Source: Salpingoeca rosetta
Lineage: Eukaryota; Protista; Choanoflagellata
Length of the DNA: 7,778 nucleotides
Direction of reading: 5' to 3'
Assembly: GCA_033442325.1 (NCBI GenBank)
Contig: JAWQFM010000015.1
Location: 25,029 to 32,806, forward strand
The translations under genes were made by a program, and so were the position numbers. Positions 7,687 through 7,778 of this stretch are shown here, one piece after another. Positions within the stretch are counted from its first letter, which is position 1, and every line of letters begins with the position of its first letter. The notes below the pieces were generated by a model. That model had not been told where the DNA came from, searched no databases, and was given only the letters and a program-made list of their open reading frames with translations.

Positions 7687-7778
7687 CTGGTTCGTTGGTT
7701 GGTTGGTTGTGCGTGGTTCATCAGGAGAAGGAAATGGACAACGATGGAAGGATGGATGGAAGGAAGGAAGGGGAGAGA

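Noticed and set aside
1-7778. Transposable element or viral insertion
   Set aside because: I saw no transposase, reverse transcriptase or integrase motifs, terminal repeats or target-site duplications, and the region is intron-dense.

Overview
Eukaryotic, intron-rich DNA full of microsatellites. The CA/GT tracts, GTGAG/GTGCG donors and CA-rich acceptors resemble choanoflagellate (Salpingoeca rosetta-like) DNA; this is an inference from sequence style only. The six-frame ORFs are mostly repeat artefacts. The real structure is a chain of GT-AG exons on the minus strand. I assembled 20 exons by hand from an ATG at 7675 to a TAG at 1334 (1317 nt, 439 codons), including two 9-nt microexons. The product is low-complexity with no recognisable domain. 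The frame carries 7 internal stops, all TGA, and is rich in Cys/Trp/His/Met codons that revert to Arg/Thr if TpG/CpA is changed back to CpG. The best reading is a spliced gene or pseudogene eroded by CpG deamination but with intact splice sites; a spliced lncRNA is the alternative. More minus-strand exon-like segments continue from about 1017 to the left edge. I saw no rRNA, tRNA, CRISPR array or transposase.
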